Shown here piece by piece: positions 48,560 to 57,147 of a DNA stretch of 64,000 bases. The DNA comes from an uncultured Gammaproteobacteria bacterium (GTDB taxonomy: Bacteria > Patescibacteriota > Microgenomatia > Levybacterales > UBA12049): contig CAYPUE010000001.1 in the NCBI GenBank assembly GCA_964414015.1, positions 8,893 to 72,892 on the forward strand, given 5' to 3'. Every line of letters begins with the position of its first letter. Positions within the stretch are counted from its first letter, which is position 1. The notes beneath the pieces were generated by a model. That model saw nothing but the letters and a program-made list of their open reading frames with translations, did not search any database and was not told the origin of the DNA. Both the position numbers and the translations under genes were made by a program.

Positions 48560-50883
48560 TTTTTCTTCTTCGTTAATATTGCCTGCAGTACGATAATAGT
48601 TAAAAGCCCAATTACTGCTCCGTAAATTCCCAGCCTAAAACTTAACGGATCATATATGAATTCTACATTGTGTTTTCCTTTTGGCAGAATTATGGCTTTA
48701 AAAGCGTAATTGGCTCTGTAAATCGGAGTATTGACTCCATCAACTAAAGCCTTCCATCCCGGATAAAAAGGATCCGAAAGAAATAATATAGAAGTAGACT
48801 TTGATAAAGTCGAGATACTTACTGTATTAAATTTATAGTTCAAAATTTTAGCCTCTGATAAATTGTCAAAATTATTAAAAGATAAAGGAGCATTGGGGTT
48901 GCTCTCTAAAACTACTTCTTGTTCCGAATTAAATTTATCATCGTAAATGGTATCAATAATCTCTTGGGGGTCTTTAACTACTTTGTATTTACCGACCAAG
49001 AAGGCACGAGGCAAAACCTTTGTGTTTTCGTAAAATTCGTATTTATCATCACTATAAATTAATTTAAATTGTCCGGTTGGATAAGTCCAAAATGGAAATG
49101 TCCAACCCATGTTATCATCTGCTCGTTTGTGAACAATGTACTTAACGTTTAAAATATTTATCGTCTTCGATGTATAAGTTCCGCTTTTTGCAAATACCAC
49201 AACCGATCTGCCAAGATCCCTAATCCTACTATCCTGCACCGAACTTATGAATTCCCCGTATCTTTTTACATACAAAGCATCGTAACCCTCCAAGGAAGGC
49301 AGATGATAATAAACAGCATCTTCTGCGCCAAAATTACCTATAACCCTTTCGTATCCGGCTATTTTGGAAAATGCAATATTGGTTGGGGTATTAAAAAAAA
49401 CCAGATTTTTGGGATCAAACGGCTGCCACTTCTTTGCAAACCGCAACATATCAAAAGACACAATAAGTATCAGCAATAAAGCAGCCACATTCACTAATTT
49501 TTTCTTTGCAAAAGATAAGACAAAAACTAGCGTAGTCCCTATGAAAATTAAAGAAGGCAGGATGAGATTGCTTCTTGCTATAAAAATTTTGTCTTGCGGA
49601 ATAAATTGTTTAGAAATAATAATTATCCATAACGCAACAAATATGCCGGCAAAACTTGCAATCCAAATCAATATTTTTCTGTATTTTTTATCTGCAATAT
49701 CAAAGAATAATTGGTCGAAACCGAACGCCGCAAGTAATGCAAATATAAAAGCGTAAAGCGATACAATTCTACTCGCAGAGCTTGTAGCAAGTACTGGAAT
49801 ACGAAGACCAATTAAAAGATCTAAAAGAGGACTATTTAAAGCCAATAGAAAAGCTAATACTCCAGATATGAACAAAAAAACTGCTTGAGTCTTTTTCTTA
49901 CTTGAAATACTATATAAAGCGAGAAATAACGGTAAAATACCTATGTATGCATTCCATTCCGCGTAATGCCCATACCAATCGTTTCGAGTAACCGGATTTC
50001 CGAAAAAGTCAGGCGCTAGCAACGTTGGAATATAAGCCCAAGGTATCGCTTCTCCTTTTTGAAAAACAGCGCTTCTAAAAGACTGTGAATGAAATTCTAT
50101 TGATGGTAATAATTGGGGTAAAGACAAAAGTATTCCGCACAACGTAAAAATGCCTAAATATAATAGGCCTCCTACATTTCTTGTTGATATAAATTTATAG
50201 ATAATATATGCGAAAACAAAGAGAAAAAAGTATAGGCTTATCTGAAAATGCCCGCTAAAAAAAGACAAAGGTATGGTTAACGAAAATAATAAGAGAAATC
50301 CAGGCCTGTTTGTTTGATAATATTTTTCTATGCCAAATATGGCAAGAGGTAAGAATAATATTGCGTATCCTAATGTCGCATAACCCATCCACGTGGTCAA
50401 AAATCCGCAAAACATAAAAGAAATTGCAGAAATAATGCTGGCGAATTTACTCCTATATAATGTTCTGGCTAAAAGATACATAAATATTCCAGCCATTAGA
50501 GGCTGCAACAGTACGAAAATACTCCATGCGTCAACAAAGGGAAGAATAAAAAATAGCAGATTAAAAGGTGAAAATACGCCAGATTGGTAATTTGCCAAAA
50601 GGGGCGTTCCGGAAAAACTATATGGATTCCAAAGAGGAATTTGCTTACTTTTCCAAGCTTCTATAGTTAAATGTTTCCACGGATATATTTGAGTGATAAC
50701 ATCCGGCATTGCTCCATTTTTAACCGGCCCCCAAAATTTTTCGTATGCATCCCATGGGGCAAAATTATTCATTTGATAGGTAGATGCATAAGGAGCTTTA
50801 CTATTTAGGAAATAAGGCGATGCAAAAATAAACCATACTCCAAAAATAAATAATATTGGCCAAAATCTACTTAGTATCTTCAT
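48556..50883 (-). CDS. YfhO-family membrane protein (GT-C-like glycosyltransferase), paralog 2 of 3
   Basis: 775 aa. ITQIYPWKHLTIEAWKSKQIPLWNPYSFSGTPLLANYQSGVFSPFNLLF. C-terminus FYPGWKALVDGVNTPIYRANYAFKAIILPKGKHNVEFIY plus a terminal TM. Confidence 0.65.
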   Translation of the reverse strand: MKILSRFWPILFIFGVWFIFASPYFLNSKAPYASTYQMNNFAPWDAYEKFWGPVKNGAMPDVITQIYPWKHLTIEAWKSKQIPLWNPYSFSGTPLLANYQSGVFSPFNLLFFILPFVDAWSIFVLLQPLMAGIFMYLLARTLYRSKFASIISAISFMFCGFLTTWMGYATLGYAILFLPLAIFGIEKYYQTNRPGFLLLFSLTIPLSFFSGHFQISLYFFLFVFAYIIYKFISTRNVGGLLYLGIFTLCGILLSLPQLLPSIEFHSQSFRSAVFQKGEAIPWAYIPTLLAPDFFGNPVTRNDWYGHYAEWNAYIGILPLFLALYSISSKKKTQAVFLFISGVLAFLLALNSPLLDLLIGLRIPVLATSSASRIVSLYAFIFALLAAFGFDQLFFDIADKKYRKILIWIASFAGIFVALWIIIISKQFIPQDKIFIARSNLILPSLIFIGTTLVFVLSFAKKKLVNVAALLLILIVSFDMLRFAKKWQPFDPKNLVFFNTPTNIAFSKIAGYERVIGNFGAEDAVYYHLPSLEGYDALYVKRYGEFISSVQDSRIRDLGRSVVVFAKSGTYTSKTINILNVKYIVHKRADDNMGWTFPFWTYPTGQFKLIYSDDKYEFYENTKVLPRAFLVGKYKVVKDPQEIIDTIYDDKFNSEQEVVLESNPNAPLSFNNFDNLSEAKILNYKFNTVSISTLSKSTSILFLSDPFYPGWKALVDGVNTPIYRANYAFKAIILPKGKHNVEFIYDPLSFRLGIYGAVIGLLTIIVLQAILTKKKN

Positions 50884-50885
50884 TT

Positions 50886-51659
50886 TTATTTCCTATCTCT
50901 TATTTCTTTCTGTTGTAGTTCCCACAATCTCGCATAGGTAATAAAGATGCTGAAAGATTGATATATACTCTCTATAATCCCCACAGTTCCTGCCTTCCAT
51001 CCTCCTTGCTTAACATAGGAATCAAAAAATGCAGTTGACATCACGCGCGGAAACCTCCACCATGAGATCTTGGGATGGTTAGCGGCTAATCGAAGCTTCG
51101 CTTCAACTTCTGACCACTCAATGGTTTTATTAAGCATCGCCGTAAGATCTCTATGTGAGTAATGCAACAGGGATCCATCCAATATTCCAACTTTGCCCTC
51201 AAAAATTGGGCTTTCATGAAGTTTGCCTTTCCAGCCTTTCAATTTATCTTTTCTAAAAAGCCTTTCTATTTTTTCTATAAAAGGCCACTCATTCTTTCTT
51301 GAAGAACCCAAATAAAAATTTTTCCTTTTAATTTTAAACGCAACTGCATCGTCATATTTGATATTTGATATTTTATATTTGATATTGCGAACAAGCTCGC
51401 TTGTGACGCGTTCATCTACATCTACATACAACACCCATTCGCTAGTTGATTTTTCTAAACCAAAATTTCTAAGAGCAGAAAAATTATCGGATTCCAATAT
51501 GTAAACTTTTGCACCCATATTTTTTGCTATATCCAAAGTTTTGTCCTTAGAACCTGCGTCAATCACGATAATTTCATCACAGAACGCAATCGAATTTAAG
51601 CAATCTTTAATTAAATTTTCTCCGTCTTTAACTATTACAATCGCAGAAATTTTACTCAT
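50886..51659 (-). CDS. GT2 family glycosyltransferase with conserved C-terminal domain (paralog of 28465 and 52576)
   Basis: 257 aa. ISAIVIVKDGENL, IIVIDAGSKDKT, VDVDE. Linker RNIKYKISNIKYDD encoded by heptanucleotide repeats. Confidence 0.7.
   Translation of the reverse strand: MSKISAIVIVKDGENLIKDCLNSIAFCDEIIVIDAGSKDKTLDIAKNMGAKVYILESDNFSALRNFGLEKSTSEWVLYVDVDERVTSELVRNIKYKISNIKYDDAVAFKIKRKNFYLGSSRKNEWPFIEKIERLFRKDKLKGWKGKLHESPIFEGKVGILDGSLLHYSHRDLTAMLNKTIEWSEVEAKLRLAANHPKISWWRFPRVMSTAFFDSYVKQGGWKAGTVGIIESIYQSFSIFITYARLWELQQKEIRDRK
51356..51383 (-). repeat. Heptanucleotide tandem repeat (atttgat atttgat attttat atttgat) inside the GT2 linker
   Basis: Read directly. Four copies with one mismatch. 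Encodes KYKISNIKY on the minus strand. Homologous position to 28917..28944. Confidence 0.7.
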
Positions 51660-52573
51660 ACCCTAAAACTTCCTTTCCCGAACTTACCCGTATAAAAGTC
51701 CCAAATTCCTCTTTTCTGCCAATATCTTCCTTTTAAAAACAATGATAATGATTCCTTGATAAGAGCTAGTTTTGATTTAAATGGAGCGTATTTTATTCCA
51801 AAGAGCATTCTATTGCGGGTTATATAATAATCCTGCAAATTTGACCCAGAGCCACCAGCTGACGCTGCATTTTTATGCCAAATTATTGCTTTTGGTGAAT
51901 AAATAATTTTGTAGCCTGCTTTCTTGGCTTTTTGACTAAAATCATTGTCTTCGTAATATAAAAAATATTTTTCATTAAACAGACCTATCTTTTTAAATAC
52001 TTCGCTTTTAACTAACATGCAGCAACCGGTAGCAAATTCCGTTTCTTCTTCTTTGTCGTATTGTCCTTTATCAACCTCATCAACACCTTTATGACGACCG
52101 ATTATATTTGCCCAATCCATTGTTCCGCCGGCATACCAAAAAACTTTTCCTTGATCTTCTTTTTTATACCTGTTTTTATGGAATTCATATCCCTTCGCGA
52201 AATAAATCTTTGGAACTACAATGCCGATATTTTCGTCTTTTTCCGCTGATTTTAAAAATTCTGCGATTAAATTCTTATCAACAATCGTATCGTTATTCAT
52301 AATAACAATAAAGCCTGCTCCATTTTCCAACGCATATTTTATCCCCATATTATTACCCTTAGAATAACCCAGATTTTCTTTATTGGCTATGATGGCAGCA
52401 TTTGGAAATTGTTTTTTAACAGCTGCTAATGAGCCATCTGTTGAGGCATTATCCACTACTATAATCTCAATCCTTGTATCTTTAGGAAGTAAGATATTTC
52501 CTATCGATTCTAGACACTCTAACGTATCTTCTTTGCCGTTATAGTTTAATATAACAAATGAAACTTTTTGCAT
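51656..52573 (-). CDS. GT2 family glycosyltransferase (rhamnosyl/hexosyltransferase-like)
   Basis: 305 aa. VSFVILNYNGKEDTLECL, IEIIVVDNASTDGS, IMNNDTIVD. Confidence 0.7.
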   Translation of the reverse strand: MQKVSFVILNYNGKEDTLECLESIGNILLPKDTRIEIIVVDNASTDGSLAAVKKQFPNAAIIANKENLGYSKGNNMGIKYALENGAGFIVIMNNDTIVDKNLIAEFLKSAEKDENIGIVVPKIYFAKGYEFHKNRYKKEDQGKVFWYAGGTMDWANIIGRHKGVDEVDKGQYDKEEETEFATGCCMLVKSEVFKKIGLFNEKYFLYYEDNDFSQKAKKAGYKIIYSPKAIIWHKNAASAGGSGSNLQDYYITRNRMLFGIKYAPFKSKLALIKESLSLFLKGRYWQKRGIWDFYTGKFGKGSFRV

Positions 52574-52575
52574 CT

Positions 52576-53514
52576 TTACCAGCCAAACCTATCAATGAGG
52601 ATAACTAATATTTTCTTAAACGGATTCTTAACTTGTTTTATGCGCTCTTTTGATGACCAAAATTGTATTTGTTGATGTGATTTGTCAAGTTCACTTCTTA
52701 CCTCATCCAAAAGCTTATCACTTGTAGGATCGCTGAATTTCTGCATCTCCCATATATTTGCAAAAACGATAAAATGATAAAAAGCCATTAGGATTGAAAG
52801 CATTAAACCATGAAAACCATCCTTATAGCCTTCTCTTGCGAAAAACCTGCTTAAAAATTCTCCAAGAGGAAACCTTATGGCATCACGCCAGTTAAAAACG
52901 TATCCGTTAGCAATCCTTTGTTCTGCTTCATTTGGCGCGTAAATATTTGCCATTTTAGATAAAAATTGCCTAATTGAATCATAGTTATAATGAACGATAT
53001 TATTATTTAAATAAGCTGTTTCCCCTTCTACTTTTATCATCTCGTGAACATGTTTTTCTTCAAATCTGCCTTTACTGTTTTTGAACAATCTAAGCTGATG
53101 GTCCGGATACCAACCCGTATGCTGCATCCATTTGCCGAAAATTATATTTTTTCTAGGAATCCAGTAGCCATTGATTGGTCTTTGGCCGTTGGTCTTTGGC
53201 CGTTGGTCTAGAATACTGACGATTTCTTTTTGTAGCTCGGGGGTCGCTCTTTCATCCGAATCCAAGTTTAAAATCCAATCATTCTTGGTTTTTGAAAAAC
53301 CAAAATTTTTGTTTATATTGAGCATTCTGTTATTTGGCCTAACAAAAACTTTCGATGTATATTTCTTTGCGATGTCTAAAGTTCTATCTGTTGATGAGTT
53401 ATCAACGAAAATAATCTCCTGTGCCCATTTAACAGATTCTAAGCAGTCCTTTATTTTATCTTCGCTATTGAAGGCTGATATAACAACCGAAAGTTTAACC
53501 ATATTATTTCGCAA
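52576..53514 (-). CDS. GT2 family glycosyltransferase with conserved C-terminal GYWIPRKN domain
   Basis: 312 aa. LSVVISAFNSEDKI, IIFVDNSSTDRT, NLDSDE. Linker DQRPKTNGQRPING then GYWIPRKNIIFGKWMQHTGWYPDHQLRLFKNSKGRFEEKHVHE. Confidence 0.7.
   Translation of the reverse strand: MRNNMVKLSVVISAFNSEDKIKDCLESVKWAQEIIFVDNSSTDRTLDIAKKYTSKVFVRPNNRMLNINKNFGFSKTKNDWILNLDSDERATPELQKEIVSILDQRPKTNGQRPINGYWIPRKNIIFGKWMQHTGWYPDHQLRLFKNSKGRFEEKHVHEMIKVEGETAYLNNNIVHYNYDSIRQFLSKMANIYAPNEAEQRIANGYVFNWRDAIRFPLGEFLSRFFAREGYKDGFHGLMLSILMAFYHFIVFANIWEMQKFSDPTSDKLLDEVRSELDKSHQQIQFWSSKERIKQVKNPFKKILVILIDRFGW
53177..53209 (-). repeat. 14-nt tandem repeat (ggtctttggccgtt x2.4) in the GT2 linker
   Basis: Read directly: ggtctttggccgtt ggtctttggccgtt ggtcta. 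It encodes QRPKTNGQRPIN, with the unit read in two different frames. The unit length is not a multiple of 3. Confidence 0.7.
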
Positions 53515-54958
53515 TATTCTTTTTAATAAGAGCTATATCTGAAAGAATTTGGCGCTTTCCTATTAAAAAAGCTATACCAAAATATAGTATAGCACCAAAA
53601 ATAATTATGGCTATGAGCGAAGAAATATTCAGCATAATGTTTTTGCTTAAAAAATAAATGATTAATCCCATAATTGAAGAAGCAACAACAGGCTGCTGTA
53701 TTGAGGCAAGCACATTGAAATCTACATCTCTTTTTACTATATAGACAACTAAGATTACCGAAAAAGCTATTAATGCCGAAGCTACGGAAACACCGTTAAA
53801 GCCTAAGAAAAATATCAGAACAGGAGTCAGCATCCATGTAGCCACTGTCCAAAATATCATTAAATAAAGGGTGATTTTTATTTTACCTATCGCATTTAAG
53901 GCATTCGTAAGAGGAGTCGAGATAGACGAAAACAAAGCATTCAAGGCGAAAAAAGAAATAGAAAAAATAGCCGGTTCCCATTTCACATATTTTGGTATGA
54001 TGTGGATAAAATAAGGAGCTAGAATTACCAAACCAACGAGAGAAGGAAAAATAAAAAACGATGCCGCGAAGATTGATTTCTCAATCGCTTTCTTCAAAAT
54101 CTCTTTTTCCGTCTGCAGTCTGGAAAAAGAAGGAAAAGTAACCCTGATAATATTGTCCATTACCAATCGGAGCGGCATAAATGCCCATTTCTGCGCAAAC
54201 CCTATGTATCCGACTTGAGCAAGAGGCAAAACTTTACCAAGATAAGCTATCAGCAAATCGTCTTTTATTAACGCCAAAAAACTGTTGGTTTGGAAAGGCA
54301 CACCAAAAGATAAAAGTTTCTTTGCTATCTGTCTGGAAAATCCAAGTTCTATTTTCCAAGGTCTAATAATATAAATGGCGATAAGACCCGATATTCCCCT
54401 TGCCAAAACTGCTATTGTAAAAGTTGTAATCCCAAATCCTTTAATTGCCAGCACAACTGCCGTCAGACTAAAAAACAAGGTTTCGACGATTTGCGGTATG
54501 ACTAATTTTTCAAAACGCAGTTCTCTTTCCAGTAAAATCGAGGGTATGGTTTTAAGGGACGATAGGAAAAAAGCTATTATTAAAGCTTGAAACAATAACG
54601 TTCCTTCTCTATTTAAATTGTAAAAAGAAGAAAGACTGCTCGTTAAAAGCAACGCAATCACGGAAATTATTATGACTAATGCCTGCTGAATGGTAAATGT
54701 TGTACGCAGATCGTCTTGGGTAATAGGCTCTTTTTTCTGAATAAGCGCTGCTGCTAAACCGATGTCGGAAAAGTAGGCAAGAAACGCGATGGCTGCGGAA
54801 ACTACGAAAAACACCCCAAAGACTGAAGGTGATAAATAAATTGTCAATAGCAAATTAGACGAAAAATTTATTAGCTGTATGACAAAAGATCTGGAAGACA
54901 AAGCCAAAATCCCCTTAATTGATCTTTTTGTAACTGACGCTATGTCAATTTCTTCCAT
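53504..54958 (-). CDS. Wzx/MOP-superfamily polysaccharide flippase
   Basis: 484 aa. About 12-14 TM. N-terminus RSIKGILALSSRSFVIQLINFSSNLLLTIYLSPSVFGVFFVV..AAALIQKKE is typical of the PST/Wzx family. Confidence 0.65.
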   Translation of the reverse strand: MEEIDIASVTKRSIKGILALSSRSFVIQLINFSSNLLLTIYLSPSVFGVFFVVSAAIAFLAYFSDIGLAAALIQKKEPITQDDLRTTFTIQQALVIIISVIALLLTSSLSSFYNLNREGTLLFQALIIAFFLSSLKTIPSILLERELRFEKLVIPQIVETLFFSLTAVVLAIKGFGITTFTIAVLARGISGLIAIYIIRPWKIELGFSRQIAKKLLSFGVPFQTNSFLALIKDDLLIAYLGKVLPLAQVGYIGFAQKWAFMPLRLVMDNIIRVTFPSFSRLQTEKEILKKAIEKSIFAASFFIFPSLVGLVILAPYFIHIIPKYVKWEPAIFSISFFALNALFSSISTPLTNALNAIGKIKITLYLMIFWTVATWMLTPVLIFFLGFNGVSVASALIAFSVILVVYIVKRDVDFNVLASIQQPVVASSIMGLIIYFLSKNIMLNISSLIAIIIFGAILYFGIAFLIGKRQILSDIALIKKNIAK

Positions 54959-55679
54959 AATTTATATCTCTCCATAAGGCAAAACTTTCCCGTATTGCTC
55001 TAATTATAACTCTTAAATTCCCCCCGCTTTGATTACCATATTGACGCTTGTAATGATTAACCTCAACTTGTGTAATTTTCAAATTTTTCTTCTTAGCTTT
55101 GGCAAAAATCTCCGTGGTTATCATCGCCCCTTCTGATTTAAAAGGCATAATCTTACGAAGAGCGCTTTTCTTGAACATTTTAAACCCACAATCAATATCC
55201 CTGTAATAAAAACCGAAAAAGATGAAATCCCAAATTTTCAAAAGATTCATTAACAGATGTCTAAAAGGATGATCTAGACGTTTTTTCCTGTATCCAACCA
55301 CCATATCTGAATTGCTGATTTTATCTATAAATTTTGACACTTCTCTAAAATCAAATTGGCCGTCTCCATCATTAAAAACAACCAAACTGTATCTTGCGTT
55401 GTTAAATCCTTCTTTTAATGCCGCTCCATATCCTCTATTTGGCTTGTGGGACACGACTCTAAGCCTTGGGTCTTCTTTTGTGAGTCTTTTTGCGATTGCC
55501 AAAGTGCTATCCGATGAACCGTCATCCACCATGATTATCTCCCATTTATCAGCTACTTTTTGAGCCACAGGAATTACATTCTTTACAACCTTTTCTATAT
55601 TCTTTTCTTCATTCCAAAAAGGAAAAAAAATTGACAGCGCGGGAACTTTTTTACTCATATCGTAATTTTCTATTCGCAA
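54945..55679 (-). CDS. GT2 glycosyltransferase, DPM1/GtrB-like (no TM)
   Basis: 244 aa. LSIFFPFWNEEKNI, WEIIMVDDGSSDST, VVFNDGDGQFD (DxD). The start may be the internal ATG (MSKKVPALSIFF). Confidence 0.65.
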   Translation of the reverse strand: MRIENYDMSKKVPALSIFFPFWNEEKNIEKVVKNVIPVAQKVADKWEIIMVDDGSSDSTLAIAKRLTKEDPRLRVVSHKPNRGYGAALKEGFNNARYSLVVFNDGDGQFDFREVSKFIDKISNSDMVVGYRKKRLDHPFRHLLMNLLKIWDFIFFGFYYRDIDCGFKMFKKSALRKIMPFKSEGAMITTEIFAKAKKKNLKITQVEVNHYKRQYGNQSGGNLRVIIRAIRESFALWRDINYGRN

Positions 55680-57147
55680 AAGAGATTATACCAATAATCA
55701 AAGCTAAAATGCCAATAAAAGAAGCTATATTTGAAGTCTTTTCCAGCGTAGTTTCTTTAAACGGAATAGGGTCTTTCGAGACTTCTTTTTCCGATTTGGG
55801 TTTTGTAAAATTAGAAGGTAAATATTCGTCCGAAATTTTGGACGCTGTCCATTTAAGAGCTTTCTCATTTGTAAAATCGCTTGCAGTTGACGGAAAAATT
55901 GTTTGAGGAACGAAAAACTTGAGATTAAAAAATAAAAGAAAAAATACCAGCAGAAATGCTACGAGATAAGGTTTTATTTTGAATTCAGATGAAAGAGGAA
56001 TAATTGCTCCGGAAAGTATCGAAGAAAAAAATGAAGCCATGATTAAAAATCTCCACGGATATTGAAAAAAAGACATAACTGAAATTGTTTCCCATAAAAA
56101 TTTCGAGATGTTAAGCATTAGAAAAACAGCAATAATAAAACCCGCAAGGCTGAAAATAGTTAAATAATATATACCCGCCTTGCGGCGAGGCAGGTTATTG
56201 AAGTATTTGCGTTTGGCTCTTAGATAAATCAAAATGGGAATTATGGATAATACAGAAAGAATGTGCAACTTGCCTATCATAAAAGACATTCCGTCAATAC
56301 AGTTTTTTGCGGAACCGCCAAATCCCCAAGGACTTGTCCAGAGTTGCTCAAAACAAACAAAATGATCTCGGAAATCCGCTCCTCCGCCGATTTGCGATAA
56401 AACATTAGTATATTTCATTTCCGAAAGCGCCGGCAGCCAATAGAAAGCGGAAAGAACTAAACCCAAGATGACAGTAAGTAGCAAGTAGCATGTAGTACGT
56501 AGACGAGTTTCTTTTCTTGATAAAATAATAAACAACAAGCAGACAATAAGCAAAAACGGCGTTACCATCAGAGCAGTTAAATTGTGAGAAAGAATAACTC
56601 CGGCAAATCCCAAAGCGCCAACAGCTACATATTTCCATTTGGGATTTTTATAAACTTTGATTAATCCGTAAAAAGACAGAGGAATAAAAGCATAAGCCCA
56701 AAATTCTGCCACATCTCCACGTACATAGATATCAACAGCATGGTATGGAGCATAAGCGTAAAATAAACCTGAAACTATCCCGCCCAATTCTCCGAAAAAA
56801 TTCCTGGCTAAAAGATACATAAAAACCCCACTCAAAATAACTCCCAATGCCATCATTATTTTTGTAGCTAAAAGTGCATCAAATCCCAATAATGTAAATA
56901 TTCCGCCAGCGTAATAAGCTAAAGGAGCGTAAAAATTAAAAATCGGATATCCATATCCATAACCTAAGTCCGGAACCCACCTAACGGGAAACATTCCGCT
57001 TTGGAGCATTTTTCCCATCTCAAAAACTCTGGCAACTTGAGTATTGTCATGCATTGGGAAAAACCCGGAAACAAATAAAGGCTTTATCGCCCAGAAAGAT
57101 AAAACCAAAACTAAAATCAATCTATAATGTTTTTTAAGAAAATTCAT
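55651..57147 (-). CDS. HDG-PRW-GYGYP family polytopic membrane protein (YfhO-related GT-C-like), C-terminal YFPGW domain absent
   Basis: 498 aa. FFPMHDNTQVARVFE...GMFPVRWVPDLGYGYGYPIFNFYAPLAYY. Ends with a TM anchor but lacks the YFPGW block. Confidence 0.5.
   Translation of the reverse strand: MNFLKKHYRLILVLVLSFWAIKPLFVSGFFPMHDNTQVARVFEMGKMLQSGMFPVRWVPDLGYGYGYPIFNFYAPLAYYAGGIFTLLGFDALLATKIMMALGVILSGVFMYLLARNFFGELGGIVSGLFYAYAPYHAVDIYVRGDVAEFWAYAFIPLSFYGLIKVYKNPKWKYVAVGALGFAGVILSHNLTALMVTPFLLIVCLLFIILSRKETRLRTTCYLLLTVILGLVLSAFYWLPALSEMKYTNVLSQIGGGADFRDHFVCFEQLWTSPWGFGGSAKNCIDGMSFMIGKLHILSVLSIIPILIYLRAKRKYFNNLPRRKAGIYYLTIFSLAGFIIAVFLMLNISKFLWETISVMSFFQYPWRFLIMASFFSSILSGAIIPLSSEFKIKPYLVAFLLVFFLLFFNLKFFVPQTIFPSTASDFTNEKALKWTASKISDEYLPSNFTKPKSEKEVSKDPIPFKETTLEKTSNIASFIGILALIIGIISFANRKLRYE
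56474..56501 (-). repeat. Degenerate heptanucleotide-period repeat (gtaagta gcaagta gcatgta gtacgta) inside the membrane-protein CDS
   Basis: Read directly. 7-nt period, g.a.gta consensus. Encodes LRTTCYLLL. Homologous position to 58038..58069 in the adjacent paralog. Confidence 0.4.
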
